NCBI RefSeq assembly: GCF_046119375.1
Contig: NW_027362771.1
Location: 178,436,001-178,500,000 of the forward strand
Direction: 5' to 3'
Source of the DNA: Phyllobates terribilis
Taxonomy: Eukaryota
DNA length: 64,000 bases
Shown: positions 44,796 through 57,025 of the stretch, in pieces
Numbering within the stretch: position 1 is the stretch's first letter
Layout: each line of letters starts with the position of its first letter
Position numbers and translations under genes: made by a program
The notes under the pieces: generated by a model
What the model was told of the DNA's origin: nothing
Seen by the model: only the letters and a program-made list of their open reading frames with translations
The model's database searches: none

Positions 44796-45095
44796 TAGTG
44801 TTGAGCGAGTATATTCTATTAACCCTTTCGCCGAGTATGCTCGGGCCGAGCTTCGAGTATTTATAGCTGCTCGGTGATATGCTTGAATCCCTCCCGTGTG
44901 CATGATTTGCAACTGTTTGACAGCTTTATTACATGTGAGGAATGTCTATTTCTTACTCATTCATCACATGTAATAAAACTGTCAAACAGTTGCAAATCAT
45001 GCACACGGGAGCGATTCAACCATATCACCGAGCAGCTATAAATACTCGGAGCTCGGCCCGAGCATACTCGGACAGAACATACTCGCTCAACACTA
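44796..45095. mobile_element. 300-bp palindromic hAT MITE sharing its TIR with hAT1
   Basis: TAGTGTTGAGCGAGTAT...ATACTCGCTCAACACTA. Perfect 8-bp TSD TTAGCTAT at 44788-44795 and 45096-45103. Nearly the whole element is inverted-repeat. Confidence 0.95.
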
Positions 45096-45834
45096 TTAGC
45101 TATATCTGAATAAAAATGAATATTATAATTTAATAGACCAGATCCCACGTTAAAAATACACCAGCTGGAAATTCAATAAATTTTCATGAAACATTTGCAG
45201 ATCAGAGGATTCTAAAGAAAATAATCAAACATATTGTTTATGTAAAAAAAAAAGTAGGAAAAACCAATCTAGAATTACATTGTTTACGGGTTGGCTAGAG
45301 AAGCATGACGTAAATGTGTTGTCAAGACTTTTACATGGATACATTATTTGTTCCAGATAACAACCTTGTTTTCATGTATTGCACATCTACAGTCACAGTA
45401 TGTGCAAGCTTATTGACACGTGAAGAATCACTGGCATTGGAGGCAAATTATCACTCCTTTTTACATGTTAGTAACCAGAATTCAGGCAGGAGTCAAAGGT
45501 CTATTAATTTGTAAGTTAAATACACAGAAATCATTCCTGGAACAGATTGCAAAAGCCCCTTTAGACATACCAGTCAGTATTTCAAGAAAATAATGATATA
45601 TAAGACATAACACATTTATTTAACTAATATTCTTAAATGTGCTGAAGACTCTGATATTTGTTTAGTAAGGTTATAAGTAAAAAAATACATTGACAATTTG
45701 TTGTTAAAATTCTTCTTGTTAAAGGGGTGTGTCCCTATAAAGTTTGGTGCTGCCAGCCCTGATTGGACAGTGTCAAATAGAGTAGGGACACCCCCCTAAC
45801 TAGTAACACACCGTTGTTGATTTATTTGTAATTT

Positions 45835-46790
45835 TTAAAAACTGACAGTAGTATCAATGCTCCTGGGTGGTTTATATGGGAATGCAGGCCATAGAAAGTT
45901 GAATATAATGATACCTTGATATATACAATCCGATGTCTTGTTCCAGAGAAATCCATGTTTTTCTTATATGTAAATCAGCTGTTAAGATCTATGGACCAGA
46001 CACTGATCTGCATGAGAATCTGAATCCAAAGATGATTATTAATTAAAGGGGGAGTTACCCTTGTGAACCAAGTAATGACTATCAATTTTCTCTGATAATC
46101 ACACACAGCTCTGCTGTGAGATCAGAACTAACACAGTACAGCAGAGATAACACAGTACAGCAGAATTGAACTTTGTCTTATTACATAAACATTTGCAGCT
46201 GCAGTCCTCTCACAGTTCTTCAGCTTCCATCTCACAGGTAGCCAGTTAGGGGGAAGAGCAGTACAGCAGAGCTGACAGCACTGTGAGAGGACTACACCAA
46301 ATGTGCTTGTTGTGTTTGTAATGAGGCAAAATTCAACTCTTCTGCACTGTGTTGGTTATAATCAGACATAGCTCTGCAGCAGAGCTCCAAGGGGACAACT
46401 GCTGCTGCAAATATTTGTAAGGAAACAAACTTAATTTCTGCTCTGCTGTTCTTTCCTAGCTCTGCTGTACTGTGTTTTCTCTGCTTTGTTGTGTTAGTTC
46501 TGATCTCACTGCAAAGCTGTGTGTGATTATCAGAGCAAAGTGTCAGTCATTGCTTGGTTCAAACAGGGAACTCCCCCTTTTAAAACAATCTCTGGAGACA
46601 GATTCTCATGCAGATCAGTGTCTGGCCCATAGTCCTAAACAGCTCATTTACATATAAGAAAAATGAGGATTTCTCTAGAATAAGACATTGGATCGCAGAT
46701 ATCAAAGTATCATTTTATTCAGTCTCCTTTGTCCTACATGTCCATATAGGTGGTTTAGGAGGGTTGAGCCTACTGATAGATTTCCTTTAA
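45835..46790. mobile_element. Long palindromic T2/Kolobok-type MITE
   Basis: Arms ...CAGACACTGATCTGCATGAGAATCTG / CAGATTCTCATGCAGATCAGTGTCTGG and AAAGGGGGAGTT / AACTCCCCCTTT; right end ...GATAGATTTCCTTTAA. Confidence 0.8.
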
Positions 46791-46899
46791 GAAAAAATAA
46801 GAAAGAAAGGGCACAACACAAAGTTCAAAGAAAAAGTTAAAGTTAAAATAATATTTTTTAGAAAGCCTATCAAGTGCAGTTCAAGAGAGACACTCATCT

Positions 46900-47445
46900 G
46901 AACTCAATTGCAGGAAAAAAAATAAAAAATAGGACGTCACTGCACGTCACAGTGCCTGTGAAGTGCAGTTGTGGCGGCCAAATTCCGCGCCTGCGCACTT
47001 CACTTTTTACAGAAGGCGCACTTCTTCCTACCGTATACGTTCATTGTAGAGCAGCGATCTTGTGCGCAGGCGCCAGGCAGTCACAGTGACTCGCCGGCAC
47101 CTTTGCACAAGATCCCTGCTGTACAATAACCAAAGACGGTAGGAAGAAGTGCGCCTTCTGTAAAAAGTGAAGTGCGCAGGCGCGGAATTTGGCCACCGCA
47201 AGTGCATTTCACAGGCACTGTGATGTGCAGGGGAGAGGGGAAACATTATAATTCACACAGGAGGCGGGGATTTCTTCCAGGCTCAGGGACTGGAATGCAT
47301 CAGAAACCAGAATGAATAAAAAGAAATGTCACAGCAACAGACCTCTAATATGAGGCATACAGGTATGAATAGATTTACAGTTTTATCACCTGTATGCCCA
47401 TATTAGTAGGTCATATAAGTGTCAGGGGGTGACAGATTCCCTTTA
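46900..47445. mobile_element. T2/Kolobok-type MITE with a long GC-rich central palindrome; left end eroded
   Basis: GGCCAAATTCCGCGCCTGCGCACTTCACTTTTTACAGAAGGCGCACTTCTTCCTACCG is perfectly inverted at 47137-47195. End GGGTGACAGATTCCCTTTAA. Confidence 0.75.
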
Positions 47446-47449
47446 ATCA

Positions 47450-47868
47450 ATGACTGTGTCTGATCGTGTACGGAACATGGTCTGATCATGCCACAGCTCC
47501 TGGGCAGGGAAGGAAGCAAAAAAGTATACAGACATTTCAGCATGGGATTGCAGCTGATTCTTTGAAGTAAAACATTGTTTAAAAACAGACAGTGAATTTT
47601 TTTACCTCACAAACAGAATCAGCTGTGATCTCCTGCTGTAATGTCTGTATACTCTGTTGTTGCCTCCCCTGCCTAGGAGATGTGTTATGATCAGACCATG
47701 TTCCTGTACGGTCAGACACCGCCATTACACAGTACACAGCAGGGGCACATTTATAAGATTATCTCAGCACAGGAACATTTTATTTATACCCATCCAATTG
47801 TGGAATTTATTATTATTCTAAGATCTATTGATTAAAATCAACTTTCGTTCGTTGGAACCCCCTTTAAA
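47450..47868. mobile_element. T2/Kolobok-type MITE, partial
   Basis: Inverted GGAACATGGTCTGATCAT / ATGATCAGACCATGTTCC; end TTGGAACCCCCTTTAA. Confidence 0.65.
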
Positions 47869-47894
47869 GGGGTTGTGCCATGAAAGTACATTTT

Positions 47895-48479
47895 AACTAA
47901 TAGACCTAGTCCTCTATACAGTATAATGGGCCCATATAGTCCTCTATACAGAATAATGGGCCCCACATAGTCCTCCATACAGAATAATGGGACCCACATA
48001 GTCCTCTATACAGAATAATGGGCCCCACATAGTCCTCTATACAGAATAATGGGCCCCACATAGTCCTCTATACAGTATAATGGACCCCACATAGTCCTCC
48101 ATACAATATAATGGGACCCACCTAGTCCTCTATATAGTATAATGGGCCTCACTTAGTCCTCTATACAGTATAATGGGCCCCACATAGTCCTCTATACAGT
48201 ATAATGAGCCCCACATAGTCCTTTATACAGTATAATGGGCCCCACAGAGTCCTCCATACAGTACAATGGGCCCCACATTGTCCTCTATACAGTACAATGG
48301 GCCCCACATAGTCCTCTATACAGTATAATGGGCCCCACATAGTCCTCTATATAGTATAATGGGCACCAAATAATCCACTATACAGTATAATGGGCCCCAC
48401 ATAATCCCTGGCGTTATGGGCCAAATATAATCACCCTGAGGTCCAGATTTGGCCCACGGGTCAGAGTTTGACATGTGTG
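47895..48479. mobile_element. hAT (Charlie-like) MITE with a 31-bp minisatellite, about 16 copies
   Basis: (CATAGTCCTCTATACAGTATAATGGGCCCCA)n; terminus CAGATTTGGCCCACGGGTCAGAGTTTGACATGTGTG. Confidence 0.8.
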
Positions 48480-48948
48480 CATTAAGCTGTGGCACTCCTT
48501 TTACTGTGGATCCCCCCAACGGCAGCACTGCTCACTACACTGTAAACTCCAACTCCTTAACTTCAGGAAGCAGTCACTTGCACTATTCCTTCCAACTATG
48601 TGCTAATCCCAAACATTAATTCTATCTTACCCTGAACTGCAGTCAACTATCTATTCCTAAACTATCTACCTTATACTATTCTTTATTCCTTACTTTATAT
48701 ACCCTATACTGTACATTACTTATCACACTCTATATCACGATACATTACAATTCACATGACAATAAATACATAAACAAAGACACAGGACATAATACACATC
48801 ACGCGATTCATTTCTTCAGGGGTAGGAACGTGACAGCACAGTCCACCAACCTTAGATAACGTCACAGATAATACAGTGATAACTCTCTTAGGACAGAGAG
48901 GTCTGCAGGTCTAGGAGAGATATAACTATGTGTTAACTGTGGTGTTAC

Positions 48949-49917
48949 TGTAATGCAGGTGCCGGAATGCAACGCACAGAGACACAAGGCGAGAACAGTC
49001 AGAGATGATTGTAAACAGTTTTATACAACAGGTATACTGAAACAAGGGATTAGCAACAAGGGTAATGAACAGTGGTTTGAAATATCAGAAAAATACGAAA
49101 TTTCTCAAAGTAAGGCGCAGTCTCTCAAAGTGAGGTGATGCCCTCAGGTTTGGGAGACACCACGCAAGTTCTTTAACTGTGCATTTGGCCCTAGCGGGGG
49201 TCACTGGTTATTCCCGCTAGGCCGTGAGTCTCTTCCGGAAATATTCAATTAAATCACGTTGTGCTACTTTAGCCCCAACCATTCCCCTCCCAACCTGAGT
49301 ACCTAAACCCAATTGTCCCCGGTACCGTGGGTGAACAGTGGAAGTGACGGCCCTGCTCACGTATGCAGCTCCTCTGCCTCCGCTGGCGTGACTTTTCCTG
49401 GGGCAACCGTCTCTCAACTCCTCTCTGCTTGGCCGTTGGAGGCAGTCTCTCGAGCCTTGGATAGGGGGGTCCAGGCCTCGTCTGTCGGTGGGCGACGTCG
49501 GGTTCCGCAAACTCACTCAGCACCGCGATCAGGTTCCTAGTCTCCTCAGCAGGCACAGCACTCGGGTCACAACTGTGAGGGATCCGGAGCTCATTTACCG
49601 GTGCCCGGCTGGAGCACCTCTCAGGCCTCTGGATTTGGCCTGTCACGCGGGGTTTCTCAGGACGCAGGGAGCACGTCTGCTCCTTTCTGCTGCTTGGCGC
49701 CAAAGACCCCTCAGGTTTGGCGCGCTGGCCTCTTATCTCCCGGAACTCCTTCCTGGAAGTCACCTGATCGGGTCCAGCGTCTGAACCTGCTCTCCCTGCA
49801 ACTTCCCTTGCATATTTTGGTTCCGCTTGACTGTATCTGGCCAGTAGATGGCAGTCTCGCTCCCTCCTTGAAACGTCATGTTGAAGTTCTTTTACAAGCT
49901 TTCTTGCCTGTTCTACA
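48949..49917 (-). repeat. 3' LTR of Gypsy 2
   Basis: Direct repeat of 54785-55752. Abuts the polypurine tract (sense GCAAAAAGGAGGGAGGAA). Confidence 0.96.
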
Positions 49918-50100
49918 TTCCTCCCTCCTTTTTGCTCGCCAGTCCTCGGGCGAGTGGACTTCTCGCAGAATTGATGTCTCCTTCCAGGCAGTGCAAGCTC
50001 AGACAGGAGTTGGGCACACTCCTGCGTTTTCTGTTGGATTCGAGACCAGATAAACTCTTCCTGAGCATACCGGTTAGTAGGAATTCCGGCATTAGCCCGC

Positions 50101-53100
50101 TCAGTTTTGCGGGGCTCTTCTCTTCTTCTCCGGCAGATCCGAGGAATCAACTACTGGGGATTGCAAATCATTTCCCGACTCATTCTGAGTTCCACTCGGG
50201 AGTGGCACCAACGGTTCTGATGGGCCCAACTGCATTGTGGCCCATCCTTCTTCATCCCCCAAGGTTCCTGTATGTGGCACTTCAGCCAACACGTCTGAGG
50301 GCCCAACCCCATTACAGACTTCTGCTTCAGAGGAGCAAGGTCGCAACATATTACGGTGCAACACCCTGGATGTCGCGGCATCATCCCCTTCGGGCCTAAC
50401 CTCGTAGACGGGGTTGTCTGGGTGAACCTTCTTCACCACTCGATATGGTATTGCCTCCCAACGATGGTCCAGCTTACTCCCAAATCGTTTAGCCCTCACC
50501 AGCACTCGGTCTCCTGGCTGAAGCGATCCACCTGTGGTCGGGGGCCGAACTGCATGCTCTACTTCCTGAAACTTCTGAGCAACCAGTCTTCTCACGGTAT
50601 GGAGTCGACGCTGGTGTTCTCGAATCCAGGTACTTGGGCTACTGCCCGGGCCGGGGTCTTCTGAGTCTAGCTCCAGTTCGGTGATTTCTCGGCCACTTCT
50701 TCCAAACAGCAACATGTAGGGGGTGTAGCCATGGTTGCATGAACTCGATTATTATACACCCACACCAGCTCGGACACAAATTCGGGCCACTTCATATTTT
50801 TGTCCGCTTCCAGTGTTCGCAACATTTGCAACAGGGTTCGGTTAAAGCGCTCGCATGCACCGTTCCCTTGCGGGTGGTAGGGCGTTGTCCGGGAACGGTC
50901 GGTCCCATAGATGCGGTATAGCTCATCCATCACTCGTCCTTGGAAGCAGGTTCCCTGGTCAGAATGTATTCACTTCGGGCACCCGTAAATCCGGGTGAAA
51001 TCTTGACAGATGGCCTTGACTGCGGCTTCTGCCGTCTGATCTTTAGTGGGCGTCACTACTGCGAACTTGGTGAAGTGATCAGTCATGACTAAACAGTGTC
51101 CATAACCGTTGTATGAAGTTCCTACCATCAGGTAGTCAATCATCAAGACTTCCAAGGGGGCAGAAGTTCGGATGCTCTGATTGGGAGCTCTTTGCTGCGG
51201 GGGCTTGTTCAACTCACACTGGCGACATGTTCGGCAGACCCCCTCGACTTCTTGCCGCTGTTGAGGCCAATACACCAGCCATTGCAACCACCGGAAGGTC
51301 TTTTCTACTCCGAAGTGATCACCTCTTCTATGAGCTTCTTGGGCTAGCTGTGTTACTAGCGCTCCTGGAACTACCACTTGCCAGGTAACATCAAACTCTC
51401 GAGGCCGCTGGATTCTTCGGCATAGCAAGCCGTCCTTCAGGAGGAGCCTCTCCCACTGGCCCAGGATTTGTAGGGTAGTTGGAAGTGAAGCGCCTGAGTG
51501 ACCCGGGACAGGGCATCTGCATGTGTGTTCAGGGCCTTGGACCGATAGGCGATTTTATACTGGAATTTGGACATCCTTGCGACCCACCGCTGTTCTAACG
51601 CGCCCAGTTTGGCGTTCTCCAAGTGGGCCAAAGGGTTGTTATCTGTCCGCACTTGCACTTCTGACCCTGACAAGTACTCAGCAAATTTCTCGGTCATGGC
51701 GTACACCAGTGCCAGTAGCTCCAGCTTAAACGAACTGTAGTTGTCCGGATTCTTCTCCGTATCTCGGAGTGACCTGCTGGCATACGCGATCACTCGCTCT
51801 TTCCCTCCTTGTACTTGAGCCAGCACTGCTCCCAGCCCATGCAAGCTTCCATCAGTGTACAACATGAAAGGCTGCGAAAAGTCAGCGTAGGCCAGAATTG
51901 GGGCATCTGTTAGCGCCATTTTCAATGCTCGGAATGCCTCTTCTTGTCGTGGGCCCCACTGAATGGGCTGCCGCTTGGCTCCCCCGGCCGTTCCTCTCAG
52001 CAATTCATTGAGCGAAGTCTTTAATGAATCAGCGGTAGTATCCAGCAAGCCCCAGGAACGCCCTTAGTTCCCTTAGATTGGCGGGCGTGGGCCACTTCTG
52101 CACGGCAGCTACTTTCTCCGCAGTGGGGTGCACCCCTGCACTGCACACAGTGTGCCCCAGATATTCAATTTCTCGTTTGAAGAGACGACACTTACGAGCC
52201 TTAATTTTCAGGCCGTGCCTTTGTAGCCGTTCTAACACTTGTTCCAATCGGCGGAGATGATCCTCAAACGTAGCGGAATAGATAATTATATCATCCAGAT
52301 ATATTAAAGTGTCTTCAAAGTTGAGGTCCCCCAAACATCTCTCCATCAGCCGTTGGAAGGTTCCTGGTGCATTTGTTAGTCCGAACGGCATTCGATTGAA
52401 CTCAAACAGGCCCATAGGGAGAACAAAAGCTGTCTTCGGGAGATCCTTCTCAGCTACTGGGACCTGCCAATAGCCACTGGCCTGGTCGAGGGAGGAGAAC
52501 AATTTGGCGCTCCCTAGTGCAGATAGAGACTCTTCGATTCGGGGGAGTGGATAGGAGTCCCGTACTGTACAGGCATTCAGCTTTCGATAGTCTACGCAGA
52601 ATCTCAGGGTACCATCCTTCTTTCGGACCAGCACGATCGGAGCCGCCCAGAGGCTCTGGCTTTCACGGATCACACCGTTCCGCAACATGTGGGCCAACAG
52701 CTCTTTCACCTCCTGGTACATTTGAGGCGAGATCTGCCGATATCTCTCTCGGATGGGAGCAGTATTTCCGGTGGGTATTTCGTGCTGAATGTCCCGAGTG
52801 CACCCGAAATCATCTTCATGCTGTGCAAACACTCCCTGATATTGCTGTAGAAGTTGTTCGATCTGCCTTACTTGTCCGGCAGAAAACTCAGTCAGGTTAG
52901 CCTCCATTTCTTCCAGGAGGTGACGTCCAGCCAACGGTTCTCTTCCATGTTCCTGGCTATTGAGGGACACCTCTAGGGTCCATGGCTTTCCTTCCACAGG
53001 TGCCAGCCCTATAGCGTCAGCTCTAGTAAGGGCCTCTGGCATTATGCACACTCGCGCCACCTCTTGTCGGGGCAACAACTGTAAACTGGTGCCACTTAAA

Positions 53101-53816
53101 TTGATGCAGCGCACGGGTACTCGACCGTGCCGCACGGTGGCCAGAGTTCGAGCAATCAGGAGTCCAGAGGGCGCTTCTTCTCCCTCCATTGGTTCAATTT
53201 GAATGTCCACGCCCTCTAAGGACACATGTGCCAGCACCGGCAAAGTGAGTACAGTCTGTCCCACCGGCAGTGTCATTGTGGCTTCGGGCGGTATCGATAC
53301 CTTACCAAGGTACTGAGAGGTAGTGGGCAACTTTTGAATCTGACTGACCCGCACGAGGTGCTGGAACACTCTCTTGTTAGCAGGGGCTCGAGTGGCGCGG
53401 GTCCAGTTGTTTTTGCTACAGCCCTCAGCCAGGAACTGTCCGACTTCTTTCAGCACATTCATGCCCAGGGTTACAATGGGCTCATCGCCTCCGGGCCCTG
53501 TGGTCAGTACGATCCCTTTTCGACCGAGGTCCTTTCCACATGCCCGCACGGACATCCATACTACTCCCGCTACTGGGATAGGTAGTTGATTAGCCACCAC
53601 CAGTTTCACAGTGGGTTCCCGGCAGGAACGAGCGACTTCAGGAAAGTGACTTTGGAAGTACGTCTCAGGCATAGTGGTCACTTGAGACCCGGTGTCCATC
53701 AAACAGCGGATCCGCTGCCCATTGAATTCAGCCCAGATAATGGGCCTCTCGGAGACAATGTCTTCAGAGCTCCTTCTTCTACTCTCCGAAGCTCGAGACC
53801 CCACGGTATGCTCCAC
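50101..53816 (-). pseudogene. pol: Gypsy 2 Pol (PR-RT-RNase H-IN), broken by several frameshifts and stops
   Basis: CLMDTGSQVT (protease); LRFCVDYRKLN, MPFGLTNAP and YLDDIIIY (RT); LYTDGSLHGLGAVL, TDNNPL and DALSR (RNase H); H-H-C-C zinc finger, IDYL, TTPYHPQGNGACERFN (integrase); PYRV. Confidence 0.95.
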
Positions 53817-53830
53817 AACCGTGGGGCATT

Positions 53831-54766
53831 TTAGTTTAACGGCTGTCCCCTCCTCCTCCTTTCTCGGTTGGGACAGTCTTTGGAGATATGCCCCCTACCT
53901 CCGCAGGTCCAGCACTCCGGTCCTCGTTCTGCCGATAGGTCGGGTACATGTCGTGCTGGGGCCGGATAGGAACGTCTTTCTCGTTCTGGTCTCCGTCCGC
54001 GTTGAGCAGTACGGTCCGTCGGCAAGGGGGCAGTAGGAGTCTTCCTAATAGCATTCAGCTCACCCCGAATGTCTCGAATTTCCTGATGTATTTCCCGTGC
54101 CCAATCAGGCTCTTGGTTGGTGAATCCAGGAGCAATTGCCTCATGACTTCTAACTGTGGCTTTGAGAACAGGAACTTCTCTCTCCAGGACTCTAGCTTCA
54201 GCCCCTACCTCCTGGAAGCCCATATCAGAGCTCAATCGCAGCCACTCCTTTAGGATCTGCCTCAGGGAAGGGTCTTTCAAGCCAGCAATCAGTTGGTCAC
54301 GCAACACCTCATCCAATGGTCCCAGTCCTCGGTTCCCATCTCGAGTTTTCTTAGTGATATGGGCCGTCACTTCCTGTAATGCATTAACATAATGATTTAC
54401 TGTCTCACTTTCCCCTTGGACCCGCTGAAACAACCGTAAGCGCAAGTGTCCCAAATCTGTAGTGTCACCGCGCATGTCCTCTAGAATTTTTATCACTTTA
54501 TCCACGGTGTCACGGTCCCCAGGTGGGCGGTACATCACAGTCTGCCGGGCCTCTCCATCAAGGGTTAGGAGGGCCAGCTCCGCCTGGGCTAGAGGGTCAA
54601 GGGGATACATACGTAGCATACTTCTCAGTCGTTCTGCCCAGTCCCACAGTGACATGCCATCCCCTGTAAACTTGGGAAGATGGCTGAGCATAGCCCCCAG
54701 GGGTTTATGGCTCCGGCCGGACCCAGCCACAGACTGATCCGCCATCTCTGCATCTGAATGTTGCAT
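53831..54766 (-). CDS. gag: Gypsy 2 Gag, intact ORF; start at ATG 54766 or 54745
   Basis: LPKFTGD...WAERL...LDGEAR...QRVQGESETVNHY...LRDQLIAGL, and the zinc knuckle CWTCGGRGHISKDC. Confidence 0.92.
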   Translation of the reverse strand: MQHSDAEMADQSVAGSGRSHKPLGAMLSHLPKFTGDGMSLWDWAERLRSMLRMYPLDPLAQAELALLTLDGEARQTVMYRPPGDRDTVDKVIKILEDMRGDTTDLGHLRLRLFQRVQGESETVNHYVNALQEVTAHITKKTRDGNRGLGPLDEVLRDQLIAGLKDPSLRQILKEWLRLSSDMGFQEVGAEARVLEREVPVLKATVRSHEAIAPGFTNQEPDWAREIHQEIRDIRGELNAIRKTPTAPLPTDRTAQRGRRPERERRSYPAPARHVPDLSAERGPECWTCGGRGHISKDCPNRERRRRGQPLN

Positions 54767-54782
54767 CCTGCTGACTACTCCA
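54765..54782 (-). promoter_or_regulatory. Primer binding site, tRNA-Ser-like
   Basis: ATCCTGCTGACTACTCCA matches the tRNA-Ser 3' end ATCCTGCCGACTACGCCA at 16 of 18 positions; 2 nt from the LTR. Confidence 0.8.
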
Positions 54783-54784
54783 AA

Positions 54785-55752
54785 TGTAATGCAGGTGCCG
54801 GAATGCAACGAACAGAGACACAAGGCGAGAACAGTCAGAGATGATTGTAAACAGTTTTATACAACAGGTATACTGAAACAAGGGATTAGCAACAAGGGTA
54901 ATGAACAGTGGTTTGAAATATCAGAAAAATATGAAATTTCTCAAAGTAAGGCGCAGTCTCTCAAAGTAAGGTGATGCCCTCAGGTTTGGGAGACCCCACG
55001 CAAGTTCTTTAACTGTGCATTTGGCCCTAGCGGGGGTCACCGGTTATTCCCGCTAGGCTGTGAGTCTCTTCAGGATAAATTCAATTAAATCACGTTGTGC
55101 TACTTTAGCCCCAACCATTCCCCTCCCAACCTGAGTACCTAAACCCAATTGTCCCCGGTACCGTGGGTGAACATGGAAGTGACGGCCCTGCTCACGTATG
55201 CAGCTCCTCTGCCTCCGCTGGCGTGACTTTTCCTGGGGCAACCGCCTCTCAATTCCTCTCTGCTTGGCTGTTGGAGGCAGTCTCTCGAGCCTTGGATAGG
55301 GGGGTCCAGGCCTCGTCTGTCGGCGGGCGACGTCGGGTTCCACGAACTCACTCAGCACCGCGATCAGGTTCATAGTCTCCTCAGCAGGCACAGCACTCGG
55401 GTCACAACTGTGAGGAATCCGGAGCTCATTTACCGGTGCCCGGCTGGAGCACCTCTCAGGCCTCTGGATTTGGCCTGTCACGCGGGGTTTCTCAGGACGC
55501 AGGGAGCATGTCTGCTCCTTTCTGCTGCTTGGCGCCAAAGACCCCTCAGGTTTGGCGCGCTGGCCTCTTATCTCCCGGAACTCCTTCCTGGAAGTCACCT
55601 GATCGGGTCCAGCGTCTGAACCTGCTCTCCCTGCAACTTCCCTTGCATATTTTGGTTCCGCTTGACTGTATCTGGCCAGTAGATGGCAGTCTCGCTCCAT
55701 CCTTGAAACGTCATGTTGAAGTTCTTTTACAAGCTTTCTTGCCTGTTCTACA
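54785..55752 (-). repeat. 5' LTR of Gypsy 2
   Basis: Direct repeat of 48949-49917, followed by TSD TTAC. Confidence 0.96.
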
Positions 55753-56439
55753 TTACATAGGACTGCAGATCATATCTACTGCATAATCAGTACTCAGAGA
55801 ATTATCTCAGTGTTATCAGTGGTATTCATTTTTTTCCGGGGGCGGGGCTATTTTGGCAAAACATATGTCTTGGGGCTTGGGCTTCTCATCTTTTCTGACT
55901 CTATCAATGACCCTGCCGAGAAGTCACATCAAGAACAAAATCAGGAGACAAGCGGGTGGTCGAAATACAAGCTGGAGGTAGAACACAGGAAATACAAAAC
56001 TGTACACAGGAGGCAGGTCAGAGAGTCTAGGTCTAGCTGAAACTGACTAATAACTGACTGTCTGGATTTATATAGAAGGGAACCCAGCCCATGGCTCCAA
56101 GCCGAGGGCTAATTACCTACCAGCTCACTACAGCAAAACACAAGTGGACAGGAAAAGGAGAACTAGTCTCAGCAAACTAAATGATAAACACCCACACACA
56201 GCTGACATCCTGCAGTAATTGTAGTGTTAGTGCAGCGCCACCTAGCAACCAGGGCAGGGGTTGCAGCAGTATGTTCAGACACGGATGTGACTGTATTCTA
56301 AACTTTTATGGATAGACGATAACTATTTAGTCGATGTTGGTTTTATCAATGGGTCCTGCCTTTATCTTGCAAACAGGTTCGTGCTGTAACTGTTTTAATT
56401 GTAAATATGTTTGAATTCCTAGCCACAAGAAGAAATAGA

Positions 56440-57025
56440 TCCCCAAAGACCAGAGCAGAGTGCCGGGAGAACGGAAGCGTGGTGAGTATGTGTTTATATA
56501 TATATATAGTACACATATATGTGTATGGGATGTGTGCCTGTATATAGGTGGCTATGGGGGATTACACTGTATATAGGAGGCTAGTTTGGGGCTCATACTG
56601 TATATACGAGGCTTTGTGTGGGCTCACACTGTATATAGGAGGCTATATGGGGGCTCATACTGTAAATAGAAGGCTATGTGGAGTCGTACACTGTATAGAG
56701 GAGCCTATGTGGGGTTCATACTGTATATAGAAGGTTATGCAGGGACTCATACTGTATATTGGGAGGATAATGTGAAAAAATCCAGCTTACCATTAAAGCA
56801 GATGCATGTTGAGGACAAATCCCTTGGGCGGTTCACAGGTGAAAGACTGTGTCGGCAACAACCAGAAACATGCAGAAAAGGTGGATCCAGCAGAACATCA
56901 AGGGAAAGTTAATTAAAATCAATGTTTATTAGTTCATCTGAAAAAAATGGAGGTATATAAAAAAGGGGAAGAGGGAATTCCCAAGAATTAACATTAAAGT
57001 CTTATACTGTATATAGCAGGCTAGG
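56440..57025. repeat. MITE remnant with a 30-bp minisatellite (GGGGCTCATACTGTATATAGGAGGCTATGT)n, interrupted at 56772-57000
   Basis: About 7 units at 56545-56765; a unit resumes at 57001 (CTTATACTGTATATAGCAGGCTAGG). GGTGAGTA motif near 56482. Confidence 0.7.

Larger units (their letters stand above)
48949..55752 (-). mobile_element. Gypsy LTR retrotransposon 2, full length (6804 bp)
   Basis: LTRs at 48949-49917 and 54785-55752 (TGTAA...CTACA; about 19 substitutions and 1 indel by eye, about 2%). TSD TTAC on both sides. PPT at 49918-49935, PBS at 54765-54782, domain order gag-PR-RT-RH-IN. Confidence 0.97.

Noticed and set aside
48485-48948. LTR or ERV remnant hosting Gypsy 2 (continuing at 55753-56290)
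   Set aside because: No clear TG...CA boundaries, TSD or coding motifs.
56772-57000. Penelope-type terminus with a hammerhead
   Set aside because: It shows TCCAGC...AATGTTTATT similar to such termini on the minus strand, but no CTGANGA/GAAA core is present.
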